Notes under the pieces: model-generated
What the model was told of the DNA's origin: nothing
What the model saw: the letters and a program-made list of their open reading frames with translations, nothing else
The model's database searches: none
Position numbers and translations under genes: made by a program
From: Selaginella moellendorffii
Taxonomy: Eukaryota; Plantae; Lycopodiophyta
Reading direction: 5' to 3'
Assembly (NCBI RefSeq): GCF_000143415.4
Contig: NW_003314273.1
Coordinates: 568,074-632,073 of the forward strand
Length of the DNA: 64,000 nt
In this document: piece after piece, positions 48,626-62,189 of the stretch
Layout: each line of letters starts with the position of its first letter
How positions within the stretch are numbered: position 1 is the first letter of the stretch

Positions 48626-51051
48626 ATGCGGATTGTGGACAAGATCAAGGATGCGCAGCGGGAGAATCGGACGATCTTCTCCTTCGAGTACTTCCCGCCC
48701 AAGACCGATGAGGGCGTCGAGAATCTGTTCGAGCGGATGGACCGGATGGTGATGCACCAGCCTGCATTCTGCGACATTACATGGGGCGCCGGTGGCTCCA
48801 CCTCGGATTTAACTCTGGAGATCGTCAACAAGATGCAAAACATGGTAAGATCTTTTTTCGGTTGCCACAATTTTCTGTTTTCCTTATTTCTTCTTCCAGA
48901 TCTGTGTGGAATCCATGATGCACTTGACTTGCACAAACATGCCAGTGAGTAAACTTGACTTTGCTCTTGGGAATGTGAAAGCCAATGGCGTCCAAAACAT
49001 TCTGGCTCTGCGTGGAGATCCTCCGCATGGCCAGGACAAGTTCGTTCAAGTGGAGGATGGATTCTCTTGCGCTCTTGATCTGGTTAGCATTTGTTTTTCT
49101 TCTTCGTCCTGCTTTTCTCGGGAATGGAATGATTCAAGCTTTGTATTTTTGCAGGTGAAACACATACGCAAAAAATATGGTGGCTATTTTGGCATCACTG
49201 TTGCTGGATATCCTGGTTAGTATTGCTGTTGCTTGCTAGTTTTCCGTTGTGCTTACACGGTTTCATCATTTAGAGGCTCATCCCGACGTGATTTCTGGTG
49301 ATGCTGCAACTCAAGAAGCATACGAGAAGGATCTCGCTTACCTCAAGGAAAAGGTAAGATCATGAAGAGTGATTTGTACGTGATGAAGAATTCTTTGTCC
49401 ACAGGTGGATGCTGGAGGTGATTTTATAATCACGCAGCTCTTTTATGACACAGACTTGTTTCTTCGGTTCGTTAACGACTGTCGTGAGATTGGAATCACT
49501 TGTCCTATCGTCCCGGGGATAATGCCGATCAACAATTATAAGGGGTTTCTTAGAATGACTGGGTTCTGCAAGACAAAAGTAAGTTTAAAGCATAACAGAT
49601 TGGAGAAAACTTTACTTTGAGTTGGATATGACAGATTCCTGCAGACATCACCGCCGCTTTGGAGCCGATCAAAGATAACGACGAAGCAGTGAGATCTTTC
49701 GGCGTCCATCTTGGGACAGAGATGTGCAAAAAGATTTTGGCTTCGGGGATCAATGCAGTACATTTGTACACGCTGAATATGGAGAAGTCTGCCATTGCAA
49801 TTCTTCAAGTAACTTTGCAACTTCGCGACATCTGTTTTTTTTTTTTTTCTAACATTTTATGTTTTATATTTTTCGACAGAACCTCGGACTGATCGACATA
49901 AGCCAAGTAAGACGATCACTTCCCTGGAGGCCTCCAACAAATGTAAGGCGAACAAGGGAAGATGTCCGACCAATTTTTTGGTAAGCTTTGGAAGTTTACT
50001 TGTCAAAAGAGAGCTCTTATTTTCCTTGGCAGGGCCAATCGTCCCAAGAGCTACATTTCACGAACAACTGCTTGGGACCAGTATCCAAGTGGTCGATGGG
50101 GCGACTCTCGCAGCCCTGCTTACGGTGCATTGACAGACTATCAGGTAGAGGAAGTTATGTGTTTTGTGAGCTTGTAATAGAGCGGTTTTTTTTTTCAGTT
50201 TTTGAGACGACGCTCCCGGAACAAGAAGATTCAAGAGGAGTGGGTTGTTCCTCTGAGTTCCGTCGAAGATATTGCAGAGGTAATTCACATTCGTTATTCC
50301 AACTTTCTTCTGAATCGTTATGTTTTCACTGGACCAGAAATTTGCCAACTATTGTGCTGGAAAACTAAAGAGCTTTCCCTGGTCCGAGCTGGAAGGTCTC
50401 CAGTTAGAGACCAAGAAAATCAACAGCGAGCTCGTAAAGATTAACAAAGACGGCTTTTTGACAATCAACAGCCAGCCTGCTGTCAATGGCGAAAAATCGG
50501 ACTCTCCTGCTGTTGGTAAGCTCGACAAGCCTTTGAATTTCTAAAACTAAAGACGTGTTTTTGTACAGGTTGGGGAGGCCCTGGAGGATACGTCTATCAG
50601 AAGGCCTACGTCGAATTCTTTTGCTCTCCAGAGAAGCTGGAGAAGCTCATTCGAAAAGCCGAAGAGTTTCCTTCGCTCACCTACATCGCAGTGAATTCCG
50701 TGGGAGAAACAAAGTCGAACGTCGGGCCGGGAGACGTGAATGCAGTCACTTGGGGAGTCTTTCCTGCCAAGGAAGTGATCCAGCCGACGGTGGTGGATCC
50801 GATAAGCTTCATGTCTTGGAAGGACGAAGCCTTCCAAGGCTGGGAAGACGAATGGGCCTCGTTGTACAAAGCCAAAGACGATCCAGCAAAGAAAATCCTT
50901 CTCGAGGTAATCAAGCATTCGAAGCTCTCTCTCTAAAGTTCTAAAGCTTTTTGCGTCCTTGCTCCAGATCAAGGAGAGCTACTATCTAGTAAGCTTGGTG
51001 GACAACGATTACATTGGTGGTGATCTATTCGCGTTCTTCAGTGGCATCTAA
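48626..51051 (+). CDS. MTHFR: Methylenetetrahydrofolate reductase (multi-exon)
   Basis: [77 protein letters not shown]. Confidence 0.98.
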
Positions 51052-51495
51052 AAGTTTTTGCTACTACAGCGATAATTCTTTGACAGAAAAATCATAAGCT
51101 TGTGTGAGCTCTTTGACCGTTGATGCAAACCAGATAAGATGCCATCCTGGCCATTGGATCATTTACGTGCCCTAATTTATGATTTTGGGCCAGATATTTT
51201 CCCTTACATGGCCATTTGTCGCCGTCGATGGCCACTAGCGGACGGCCCAGATACCGCCACGTCTGCATGACCCCGACGCCTTAAAGCCCTGCTTATCCCC
51301 TAGAAGGCATTTTGTTCTTCCCTCTTGGTAGAGGGCGCCAAGGGTTTTGAGGCGCTCGCGCGACGCCGGCGACGATTCCACTGCGAAGGTAAGAAGGATT
51401 GTGGAAGGATTTAGATGCATTGTGTAGCTGGAGGCCGGATTGGAAAATGCGAGCCTGATTTTGGTGTTGTTCCTGTTCTAGAGAGGAAAAGAGCT

Positions 51496-52610
51496 ATGGC
51501 GGCCTCGTGTATTTCGCTCTCGTCTACAGCCATTGGCGGTGCCGCGGCGCTGGCGGCGCCTCCCAGAGCCATGGCGCTGTGCATCGCTGGGGTTTCGGTG
51601 CCGTCGAGGCCCCTTTCTCTCTCGCTGGGCGAGACCTTCCATCTCGGTGCCGTACTATCCAGGAGAAGACCCCTAGAATTTGTGGCCAAGTCGTATGGTG
51701 GGTACGGAGCCGAGTCGATTGACAAGGAGGATTGGGCACCACCTCCGCCCAATCTCAGTGACTTGCCCCCGGAGCCATCGGAGCCAGTGGACAAGGAGTT
51801 CGTGGTGCCAGAGCCCGACGAGAGGGACTTTGGGAGCTTTCGCAGCGAGCCAGCGCCCAACACCAAGCTCTACGTCGGCAACATTGCATGGAACGTCGAT
51901 AGCAAGATGCTGGCAGACTGCTTCAATGGCGTGGGCATCACAGAACTGGAAGAAGTCAATGTGAGTACTCTTTTCACTGTTCCTTCCATCGTTTTCGTTC
52001 AACTTAGTTGCTAAGATCTTTCTTTCTCTTGTGCTTTGTAGGTGATGTATGATCGGATGCTTGGAAAGAGTCGCGGTTTTGCCTTCGTCACTCTCTCCAC
52101 GGAGGATGCTGCGAAGACTGCCATCGAGAAACTTGATGGTCATGTAAGCGCTTATCATTGCATCTCAGTTAGAGCAACTGCGTTATCCTTCTTCCAGGAA
52201 CTCGAGGGGCGGCCTTTGAGAGTAAACTACCCGCAAGTTCCCCGAGGAGGCGGAGGCTTTGGCGGTGGCTTTGGGACCAGACCGAGCATCCCAGCGAACC
52301 CGGCCAAGTGCTTCGTCGCCAACATCCCGTGGTCCGTGGACGACCAAGGCCTGCAAGAGTTTTTCAGCTCGCACGGAACGGTGGTAGACTGCCGGATTCT
52401 AACCGATGCCGAGAGCGGGAGGTCACGGGGGATTGGGTTCGTCACTTTTGCCACCCCAGACGAGGCCAACAACGCCATCAGCGCTTTGGATGGAGCAGTA
52501 AGTTCGATCGATCTTTCCTTTGGTTTGTGTGTTCTCTTGGCTCACTCGTTTTGCTCCAGGAATTGGGAGGTAGATCGATTCGCGTGGCTTTGGCGACTGG
52601 AAGGCAATGA
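51496..52610 (+). CDS. Chloroplast RNA-binding protein, cp29/cp31-like (2 RRM)
   Basis: Transit peptide, acidic region, KLYVGNI..SRGFAFVT, and KCFVANI..SRGIGFVTF..LDGAELGGRSIRV. Confidence 0.9.
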
Positions 52611-52863
52611 GCGACGATCACAACCAGCTGACAATGAAGGAAAGATGGAATGGCGCATTTCCATGCAAGAGGAATGGATCGAGTTTTAGTGAGAAAGTGT
52701 CTTAGAGAAAGAGCATGTCTACATTGCTATGATGGTTTGTAGATTTTTTTGGGATCAAAAACAGTCGCAAATGGTTTTCGGTTAATCAAGCGTAAGCTTT
52801 AAAGGTGATGAAATAACTAATAAAAAATATAAATTAAAATTATTACGATGCGTTAAAGTTTTT

Positions 52864-52937
52864 CGCTAGAAGGAGGGCTCGAACCTCCGACCTTGTGGTT
52901 AACAGCCACACGCTCTGACCAACTGAGCTACTCCAGC
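52864..52937 (-). tRNA. tRNA-Asn (GTT)
   Basis: GCTGGAGTAGCTCAGTTGGTCAGAGCGTGTGGCTGTTAACCACAAGGTCGGAGGTTCGAGCCCTCCTTCTAGCG; complete cloverleaf. Confidence 0.97.
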
Positions 52938-52955
52938 ACATTTGAACAAGCGTGA

Positions 52956-53667
52956 ATGGCTATGGAAAAAGAAGAAGTAGGGCGCATTGTTGGTTATGGC
53001 GACAAACTCTCGCCATGCTCGCTCCATCATCTTCCCTGTAGCATCGCGCACAACGGGCCAGCTAATGTCTCGGCGTATTTCGGCAGCAAGAGCACTGGTA
53101 TGGTGGATTGCCTGGAAATTTTGCTTTCGGCTAATGCAAAGAAATGGCGAGGAAAGGCGCGAAGGCGGATGGAATGGAGATCCAGGAAGCAGCATTTCGG
53201 GGCAGGAGGCTGCTGGGATCGACGCTGCCGCTGCCGCAAAACCACCGAGGTTTGAGCAACCAGAATCAAAAGTTCTCGGATTTCTTTTCCCTGTTAATGT
53301 TCTTTCTATGTAGGATTTGTTCTTGAGAAAGCTCCAAGCAACCCTGATGATCCAGACGAGTGGGTTGTGAGATCGGAGTTTCGCGAGATCACGTACTGGA
53401 ACCACGATACCATGCCATCGTTTTGCGATTCTCTGCCTCGCTGCATCGATTGGCTCAACATTTCTGCGTCGGTAAAGTAAATTATCGCTCCTTTCTTCCC
53501 GTCTCATTGTTTCTTTGCAGATCCACAAGCCCGTCACCGCTGATCAAGTTGCGAGTGTTCTTCCAATCGAAGAAGGTAACCATTTTTTTTTTCTCGCGAA
53601 GTTTCCCGTACGATCAATCACTTCCTTTCCAGAAGCGATGGCTGGCAAAAGAAAATCCGAAGTCTAG
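52956..53667 (+). CDS. RNASEH2C: Ribonuclease H2 subunit C (5 exons)
   Basis: HHLPCSIAHNGPANVSAYF, AAFRGRRLLG..LPQNHRGFVL, FREITYWNHD, IDWLNISASIHKPV. Confidence 0.88.
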
Positions 53668-53886
53668 TAGCGCAGCATAAAAAATCTTCTTCGTTTCATC
53701 GTTCTTTCAATCACCATGTCATGCCAGGAACTCATCACAAGTTCTTTCTTAGAGATAGATCCCTGGAACGGCCCACGAGGATGAATCAAACGTCAGGATT
53801 TTCAAAGATCAATCGCGAAACAATCATCGTCCGTGGTATATATATATACACACTTCCACAACCACGACGCGAGAGAAGAATGTGTC

Positions 53887-55475
53887 TCACGAAACTTTCA
53901 TCGTCACCTTCATCCACTCGTAGACGAAGTAGCTCAAGGCCGCCGACGGAAGAACCTGGAGAACGCAACACATGAGCAAAAGAGAAATCAAAGAGCTCCC
54001 AAACCTGGAGTGTGCTGGGAAATATTCCAGCGTAGAGAGCTCCAACACCACCCCGATTCACCAGCCCCTGGATCGTTGGCATCAAACCGAGCCTGCTCGC
54101 TGCGCTTTGCAACTGGAGATGCCTCCTCACGACTTCCAGGGGATAAGTCATCGTCTCGGCACAAGCACCAGCGATGGCACCGTAGAGCAGCGTTCTCAAA
54201 GGCCCGAGCTCCATCTGGTCACTCCCTTTGCTGCCACTCATCCTCCTTCGCTGCTCTTCCTGGCCAGCAGGAGACGCAAGATAGTTTGTCTTGAGGATGT
54301 CGTAGACACCGTAGAACACCGCACCAGCCGGGGCCATGCTCACGATCGCCGGCACAATCCCAGCGTAGAGGGAAGTGAAGCCTTGGCTGGTGATTATGTG
54401 GCGGAAGCAGCCGGAGATCCCTCCTAGTGCGTCGCCTCCCTGAGCAACAAGTCTTGTTCGAATCTGGAAGAAAGACCGATCAACTCAATCCAATAAAAAA
54501 CTAGACTTCGAGCGAGAAGAACTTACAGTGTCCATTGGGAAGCAGACTATGGTGGCAAAGATCCCGGCAGCGGCCCCGGCCGCCAACTTCTCAAGTGGCG
54601 TCACGTCTTTTCTCCCAGTCACGGTCGTGATTCTCTTGCGAATCGTGTCGTACGCATAGAAGTTGATGGACTTGAAGGGAGCCGTCCGGATGAGGTTGAC
54701 GAGGTTGCCCTTCCAGAAGCCTTGGACTCCCTCTGACGCAAGAATCGTCCTCACCACATCCATCGCATCAGACGTGGCTCCACGTACGATGTACTCGAGC
54801 TTTAGCCTCTCAAGTGGCGCCACGAGAGTTCTAGAAGACCAACAAAGAATCGCGAAGTTAGAAAGATCCAAGTAGGAAAACTATAAGGAAAACTATGGAG
54901 AAAAGAGGAGGAAAACCATACCTGGAGATACACGCTGACAAGGCTCCGGCCAAGAGATGTTTGGACGTCTTCAAAGACCCGGCCTTCAAAGACTGGGAGT
55001 AATCGCCGCTGGAACTTCTCTTCTCTTGCCGCTGGGTGGTGGTGGCGATGGAGATGGATTCATCCGCGCTGTGCTCCAAGTATTCCAGAGAGTTTTCCAG
55101 AGATCTTTCCTGCGCTTGATGAGCGTTGCTCCTCCTGCCAAGCTTGCTGCTCCCGTGGATAGCAAACCCCAATGCCGATGACCACGCGCTGGAATTCGCC
55201 CTGCTCGAGAGCTGGCGCTTGCCGGATTCCGCTATGGACACCGATGCCAGGCAGTAGCTGGCGGAGCTGGCGGGCATGGATGGAAGCAGGGACGAGAGCG
55301 ATGACGCGGAGAATGGCGATGGCAGGAAGCATTGGAGCGGATCGCAATCGCGGCCGGGGAGGAAGCATCGCCACGACGGATCGTCGGCCCCGCTCAGCGT
55401 GATGAATGCGAGCTCGGACGATGCAAAGATCGATGCCGATCGGCTTCTGGCGCAAGAATCTACATCGTAGCCCAT
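53887..55475 (-). CDS. Mitochondrial carrier family protein, BT1-like (BTL3-type) adenine nucleotide carrier
   Basis: Long N-terminal extension and three PX[DE]XX[KR] motifs (PLERLK, PMDTIR, PLEVVR). Also FWKGNLVNLIRTAPFK and VLPSAALSYFVYE. Confidence 0.9.
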
Positions 55476-55836
55476 CGAAATATTGCCCGCCCGGCCTCTT
55501 GGGGTGGATCACAGCAGAGATCGAGGGAATGCTGCCGAGACCCAAGGAAGAACCCTAAAGATCATACCCGAGGAGCGCCGCGCGGAGAGAAGAAGGATCT
55601 AAAGTCTGCCAAGACCAGCCGCCACGACCGACGCCATCGCGATCGCCTTTCCCCATTCTCTGCCCGCGTGGGTTCTTCGCATATGAAACACATGGGATAT
55701 CATCGCCGGGCCCTCCTTGCCCTAACGGCATATCCCACGCACGGCATATTCCGCTAGCGCGCAAAAGTGATATAATTTTCATTAGTGATGGCGGGCCAAG
55801 AACCCTAGCGCGAGGACGCCGTCGCGACAGCGATGG

Positions 55837-56576
55837 ATGATTTTCGCGTGCCTGGCGCTGGCGCGGACAATGCCGCCTCGGATCCAAGCAACTGGCGCTG
55901 CTGATTTGAGGTATGTTGCTCTTGCCACATCTCTTGTCGCGTTGCAAGGCTGCGATGCAGTGATTTCGCTCTCGAATTCCTGGCTGATAGCATGGGGAGG
56001 GGGAAAGAGACCGCTGCCTGGTCAGTCCGTCGTGTGTTTTCTTTCTTCCCTCTTGTTTGACTCTTCCTCTCTTGTGCGTCCTTTTCCTTGCCTGCCAAAC
56101 TTCCAGTTGCGAGGCTCTGAGAGACATGATTCCATGGGCAGCGCCAACCAGATACGAATTAATCAATCCCTTCTCTGCCGATGCCGCCGCCACAGCAGGA
56201 GCTGACTTGGGCCACCTCGGCGGGATGTGTCCGCATCCATGGAGGAGAGAAAGGATTAAGAAATGCAGGCATGCCAATCAACCCCCCGGTCTGGCAGCAG
56301 CGACCAAGCGCGAGGAAAAGAAAAATTTATGGCTGCCAACCAAGCAAGCGTCAAACAAGAGGTTTTTTTTTTTGCTTTTGTTCTTGGTGTTCTTTTCGAG
56401 CTCTAAGTTTCTTGTTTCTTGTTTCTACTTACTTTCCTTCGTCTTGTCTCTCTGTTCACAGCTTCTCGGATCCAGGAGAGAGAGAGAATGGCGCTTCCTT
56501 TTCTCGGCCTTTTTATATATATTGTCTACGGGCTACGTATGACTCTCCTCCAGCAAATTGGTCCACCCTGTGCTGA
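55837..56576 (+). other. Possible small spliced orphan gene or spliced lncRNA/leader
   Basis: Telo-box at 55800. Three phase-2 GT-AG introns keep one open frame, but the first is only ~38 nt and I recognise no domain. Confidence 0.3.
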
Positions 56577-57326
56577 AGCCAAAAGGGAAAACAATTGCTA
56601 TAGCATATGGCAGGCATGTTGTGGCTCGGCTCCTACAGGGATTTAAATACTCGCAGCCCCAGCTTCTTTATTGGACGGACAAGAGGTGCGTGGTTTGTAT
56701 GGCACTAGAGGCAGCGATGTGGTTCCTTTTTGTTGTTTTACGAAGAGGTCTCAGTCTCTCTTGCTTTTCTTTTGCAGGAGAGGGGACGGGCGGAGCCTTC
56801 TTTCCGCATAGATACGCGCAACTTTCAATAACTTGGTGAGTGCTACAGCTCTGTTCTTGACCAGGAAGAAGCTAAGTTAGCTCCTGCTTCTTGCATAGCC
56901 TTTAAGCATTTTTTTTTTCTCCATTCCATTATCCGTGTGGACTGCAACAGTCTTTTGGTTTGCTTGCGAGGTACCAGGGGCAGGGAGCTATATATTGTGC
57001 TCTAGGCGCGGATATGATAATGGCCTAGTCCAGCGTATTGTGCGAGTTTCGGCTGGTGCCGCTCAATGGGCATGCCTTCCAATCCTGGTACACACTGTGG
57101 GTCTTGGGCAACTCTTCATGTGCTCGGGGATTAAACAAGCGCTTAACAAACGCCGAAAAGTTGACAATGACGAGGAAGGAACAACGACTGGTAATCTTGC
57201 GGTACTAGCGCCATCTGCGACCGGGAATTCATATCTGAGGAGCTGGGAACTAGCTGTTACCGCAACAGTTTCTCCCTCTTTATAAGGCAACCCGTGCTGT
57301 CTTCTCCACTTTGCTCGGGTCGGGTT

Positions 57327-59052
57327 ATGGAAGAAGCAGCAGCAGCAGCAGCAGCAGCAGGAGCAGCTCAAAGGCAATCCTCTCTCAAAGCTCGTCGATC
57401 AGTGAAGCCCAGGAACAGTAGCAGCAGCAAGAAAAGCGGAAGAAGGAACGTCCCGCTAAGTACCTGTGATTTGGCAATCCCGAATGTGTACGCCATGGCA
57501 ATCTACGCATTCAAGGCACCCACCAGGCCTGGTGTGGTTGAGGAGCTGGAAAGGGGTCTGGCAGAGGCTTTGGACGAGTATCCGGAATGGGCAGGCAGGC
57601 TGTGCAAGGACTCTTCGTCCTCATCTTCATCATCATCGTCTTCTTGCTCCTCTGGTTTGAGCGGCAGCGTCGGCTCTAGCAAGGTGGTTATTGATCTCAA
57701 TGATGACGGGGTTGCACTAATGGAAGCAAGCATGGACTGCTGTCTCCAGGATTTGATGCCTTTTAACCCATGTCCCCTGCTTTTCCAGCTGGTTCCAGCT
57801 ACGAAATCTGTTGAAGAACTGCTCCTTGTCCAGGTACTAGCATAGATTCTCTGTCTGCTGTTTTAGCTTACCGCTTCTAGACTAATGCTTCTTGCTTGCT
57901 GCTCAATGCTTGCTTGCTTGCTTGCTTGCTTGCTTTCTTGCTTGCTTGATTGATTGATTGAGGAAAAGAATGCATCAAAAGAATGCATCAGAGCTGCATT
58001 TGATCTTTTGTTTTCTCTCATCGAAGTTGCAAAGTTTTTCTTTTTCTTTTCTCTGGCTGTTGGTTATCTCTGACGCTTGTGTTTCCTCTGTTTTCTTTTT
58101 TTGTTTCCAGGTGACCAGCTTCAAATGTGGTGGCATAGTTCTCGGCGTTGCCTGGCACCACCGTCTCGCAGATGGACAGGCTTTCTTCAGCTTCATGGAC
58201 AACTGGTCTCGGCTCACCCGAGGCGCTCCACTGGCTTGCAGCCCGTTTCGCGATAGAAGTGCATTAAATGCCGGGGAAACTGCTCAGCCGCTCCAGGATG
58301 ACTACTTGCTGCTGTCGCCTCCTCAGGTTCCAGCGCCGGCTCCGGACCCAGGTGCTGCCAAAACTCCTCCTCTCGCGGCGAGGAAGTTCCACTTTAGCAT
58401 GGATTTGCTCCAGAGGATCAAGAGAAGAGCCGGGGGAGACAGCTCTACGGACGAGCCGGCCTCCTCCACCACCAGAGGCGTCACAACTTTCGAGAGCCTG
58501 ACCGCTCACTTGTGGCGGTGCATCACCAAAGCCCGCGGCATCACCGGCGACACCAAGACGCAGATAATGATCCCCATGAACGGGAGAAGCCGGCTGGAGC
58601 CGGCCATCCCCGAGAGCTACTTCGGCAACGCGACTTTCATGCCGTCGTCCGGGACCGAGGCCGGGGAGCTGACGAGCCGGCCACTGTGCTACGCAGCGCA
58701 GCTCGTCCACGGCGCCATCGTCAAGGCCGACAGTAGCTACTTGCGCAGCGCGCTGGAACTTATGGAGCTCCAGAACAGGATGATGAAAGACGAGGAGGTG
58801 GCGGAGGTGGTCGTCCCTCCCAGCATGTCTCCTCACGTCGTGGTGACGAGCTGGGTGAGGTTCCCGCTCTACGACGTGGATTTCGGCTGGGGAACGCCGC
58901 TCTACGTCGGCAACGTACTGGATCTGTACGAGGGGATCATGATCTTACTGCCATCGCACACGCAGGACGGGAGCATCGATGCGGTGGTGGCTCTTTTCGA
59001 GCCGGAGATCGAGAAGCTCCAGGAATTGTGCTATCGTGATGATCTTCTCTAG
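57327..59052 (+). CDS. BAHD acyltransferase (hydroxycinnamoyl-transferase-like), 2 exons
   Basis: HRLADG (HxxxD) and DFGWG motifs, with the intron at the conserved LLLVQ|VT position. Confidence 0.95.
57885..57960. repeat. (GCTT)n/(GATT)n intronic microsatellite
   Basis: tgcttgcttgcttgcttgcttgct...gattgattgattg. Confidence 0.8.
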
Positions 59053-59678
59053 CGGCATTCTCGGCGGAGCGAGGGAAGGACGAAGAGCTCCAGCCCAACG
59101 AAGAATCGTGCCACCAGCGATCGAAGAAGAAAGAAGAAGGAATCAAAAACGCTTTGGCTTTGTATACTAAACTTTTGTTCTTTCGAATGAAGCAGGGCCG
59201 TCGATGCAGTGCCATCGGGACCGCACGTTTCTAAGTTTGTTTTGAATCTGGCATATTCGTGCGCATCTCTTCGCGGGGCAGAATATAGTTTAAAAATTCT
59301 CTAAATTTATATATTCGGGATATTCGTCCGCAACTTGAATGTTTATCAGGACCGTCCGTTTTAAAATGTCTAAAGCTTTTTTTAAAATTTAGGATATTCG
59401 TTCGCATGCTCGCGGAGCCGTCGGTGTTGCTGCATCGTGGCCGTGCATTTGAAAATTTTGGACTAGGGCTTTTGGTGCTCTGTTTCTAGGGTTCTTGCGT
59501 GACAGCACGATCGTGGTCGTGGCAGGATGGAATAGTTTTGGCGGGCCATGGAAGCGTTTCTAGGGATAGATTATCCTTGTCCGTAAGCTGGTACGATGGC
59601 CGGAGCGTGCCCGCACGTCGGCGCGCAACAAAAGCTTGGCGATTCTCGTCGGGTTTTGTTCTTTTGGTGGCGGCAACG

Positions 59679-61662
59679 ATGAACGAAGCTCGGCATCGCC
59701 AGAGCGGGTACGTGGTTGAATTGAGCGAGATTTTGTTCTTGAGAGTATTCTTGATAGATTATAGCCTTGATCCAGGGACGAACTTCATGAATTTCTCTCG
59801 GGTTCGAGAGACGAGAAGAGGCACCAAAGAAAAAAGGTGGGATGCCACGAGAAGATTGGACCGAAGGCGCAGCTACTTTCGAGCGCATTCTTGTTTGCGT
59901 TCCTCGTTTTGCTGTTTCTAGGTACGTTCTTCAACAGAAAGATCGTTCTGGACACTCCATTGCCGAGGTACTTTACAAACTCAAACTGAAATGATGAAAG
60001 ATTGATTGATCCACAGGCACGGGGCGCACAAGAAGCTCATCTCGTCGGAAGATGAGCAGCGCACGAAGCTTGTGCCGAGCAGCGACAAACAAGTGCTCAA
60101 ATTCCTCCAAGGGTCTCCGGAGATTGATTCGATCAAGTTGCAGAACAACGGGTTCTTGAGGATCGGGCTGGTGAATTTTCCAAAGCCGGATGTTGCAAAG
60201 TGGAAGGCTCTTGGCGGAGGCCGAAAGCCGGTACTTTTTAGCATCGACAAAAAGAGAGATTTTTCCTGGTCGGCTTTTTTCCCCGAGGCCATCGACAGAG
60301 ACGAAGAAGTCCAGAACAGAGAGTGCCCGGACATGCCACTGCCATCGGTTCCAGAAGATCTCAAGCTCGACTTTGTTGTGGCGAGAATACCGTGTGGCGA
60401 ATCCAACTTCAGAGACATCGACCGCTTGCAGGCTGCGGTTTCTGCTGCTCATATTTCTCTCAAAACTGGCGCCTCACACATCATTGGAGTAAGCGATTGT
60501 ATGCTTGATCCAAACGTTTTTAAGTGCAAGGAGCTTGTCCGGCAAGAGAAAGGTGTTGGGCTTTACAAACTCGATCTGGAAAGGATTGGAAAGCTAATGA
60601 GCTTACCAGTTGGCTCTTGCAAGACTGTTCAAGTTCCAACGCTGACAAGTAAGCAAGCTTTATTTGTTACTCTTAATTTTGTGATTCTGATTCTCTCGTC
60701 TTTGTTTTTAACTCAGGTGAGCATACTGTTTCTCGAGAAGCTTATGCGACCATCCTCCATTCCGTCAAGTCTTACGTCTGTGGAGCGGTGCTTCTCGCTC
60801 ACAGCATCCGAAAGAGTGGCTCGACTCGAGATTTAATTCTGGTTATAGACCAACACATAAATCTCGAAGACAGGCAGGGGTTAGAAGCTGCTGGCTGGAA
60901 AATCCATCACATTGAAAGGATCAGGAACCCGAGAGCTCGTCCAGACGCTTACAACGAGTGGAACTACAGCAAGTTCCGGCTATGGCAGCTGACGCAGTAT
61001 GACAAAGTCGTGTTCATAGACGCGGACGTGGTGGTGACGAGAAACATGGACTTCCTCTTCGACTTACCGGAGCTGTCCGCGGCCCGCAACCACAAGAGCG
61101 TTTTCAACTCCGGAGTGATGGTGATAGAGCCGTCCAACTGCACTTTCAACTTGTTGGTGGACGGGATCTCTCGGATCAAGTCGTACAACGGCGGGGACCA
61201 AGGCTACCTGAACGAGATCTTTACGTGGTGGCACAGGCTTCCCAGGAGCATGAACTTTCTCAAGCACTTTGACGACGATGCCGAAGAGAACGAGTACAAG
61301 ATGGAGCTCTTTGCCGCCGAACCTCCGGTGCTGTACGCTGTGCATTTCCTGGGAAGAAAGCCGTGGCTCTGCGGGAGGGGCCCCGACTGTAACGCGAAGA
61401 TCTCGTCACAGAGGATGTTTTCCAACGATTTCGTGCACTCCAAGTGGTGGAGCTGGCATGATGAAATGCCGGTGGAGCTACAGCGGCTGTGCCGGATCAA
61501 TCCAAAGAGAAGATTGTCTCCACCGACTGTTCGTCAGGTTTGTTCTATATTTCTTTCATTTTGTAAACCTGAGAGCTCTGTTCGCAGGCACAAGCATCCA
61601 GCGAAAAGAGAAGATCAAGTTTCTCGAGATTTAAAAGGAAAACGCACCCGGTTACACAGTGA
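59679..61662 (+). CDS. GT8 glycosyltransferase, GUX/PGSIP (xylan glucuronosyltransferase / glycogenin-like)
   Basis: Type-II TM helix (SAFLFAFLVLLFLGTFF), REAYATILHS..YVCGA, YNEWNYSKFRLWQLT.YDKVVFIDAD, FNSGVMVIEPS, SYNGGDQGYLNE, HFLGRKPW. Confidence 0.92.
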
Positions 61663-62189
61663 AGGTTCTTCCCTTTTAAATCCCTTTTTCTCCTCTCTCG
61701 CTCCAATTCAATTTTCGGAGCTCTAGAACAGTAGGATCATCACCAAGAGGGGTAAAACGTCCCTCTCTGTTTTTGACTCTATGTATTCTTTCTTTTTCCC
61801 CGAGTTCTTCTTCATTCTCTAGCGTGATCGAGGCGTAAGATCGAGGCGTTGGGACATCACTCCGTCAAAAGTTTCAAATTCGAAAAATGGAATATTCTGC
61901 CGCTGCCTCTCACAAGAACAAGCAGCTAAACGCTCGACAATTCTTTCAAGCTCTATCTTTGAGAGAAGTTTCTTTCATCCGTCGCAAGTCCTGGGTTCGT
62001 TTTTCTCGTTTTCTTTTGTCCTGTGTCAATCGATTTCCTGTTCCACCACCAGTCAATACTGTGTTTTTTAGTTTCAGTACTGCTCTTGGGGTCCTCGCTG
62101 TGGCCTTCCTTGGGGTCCCATCCGATTCTTCGGATGAACATGAGGCTGAGGTGGTGCAACTTATACCATCCAGCGAGACAACGAATTTA

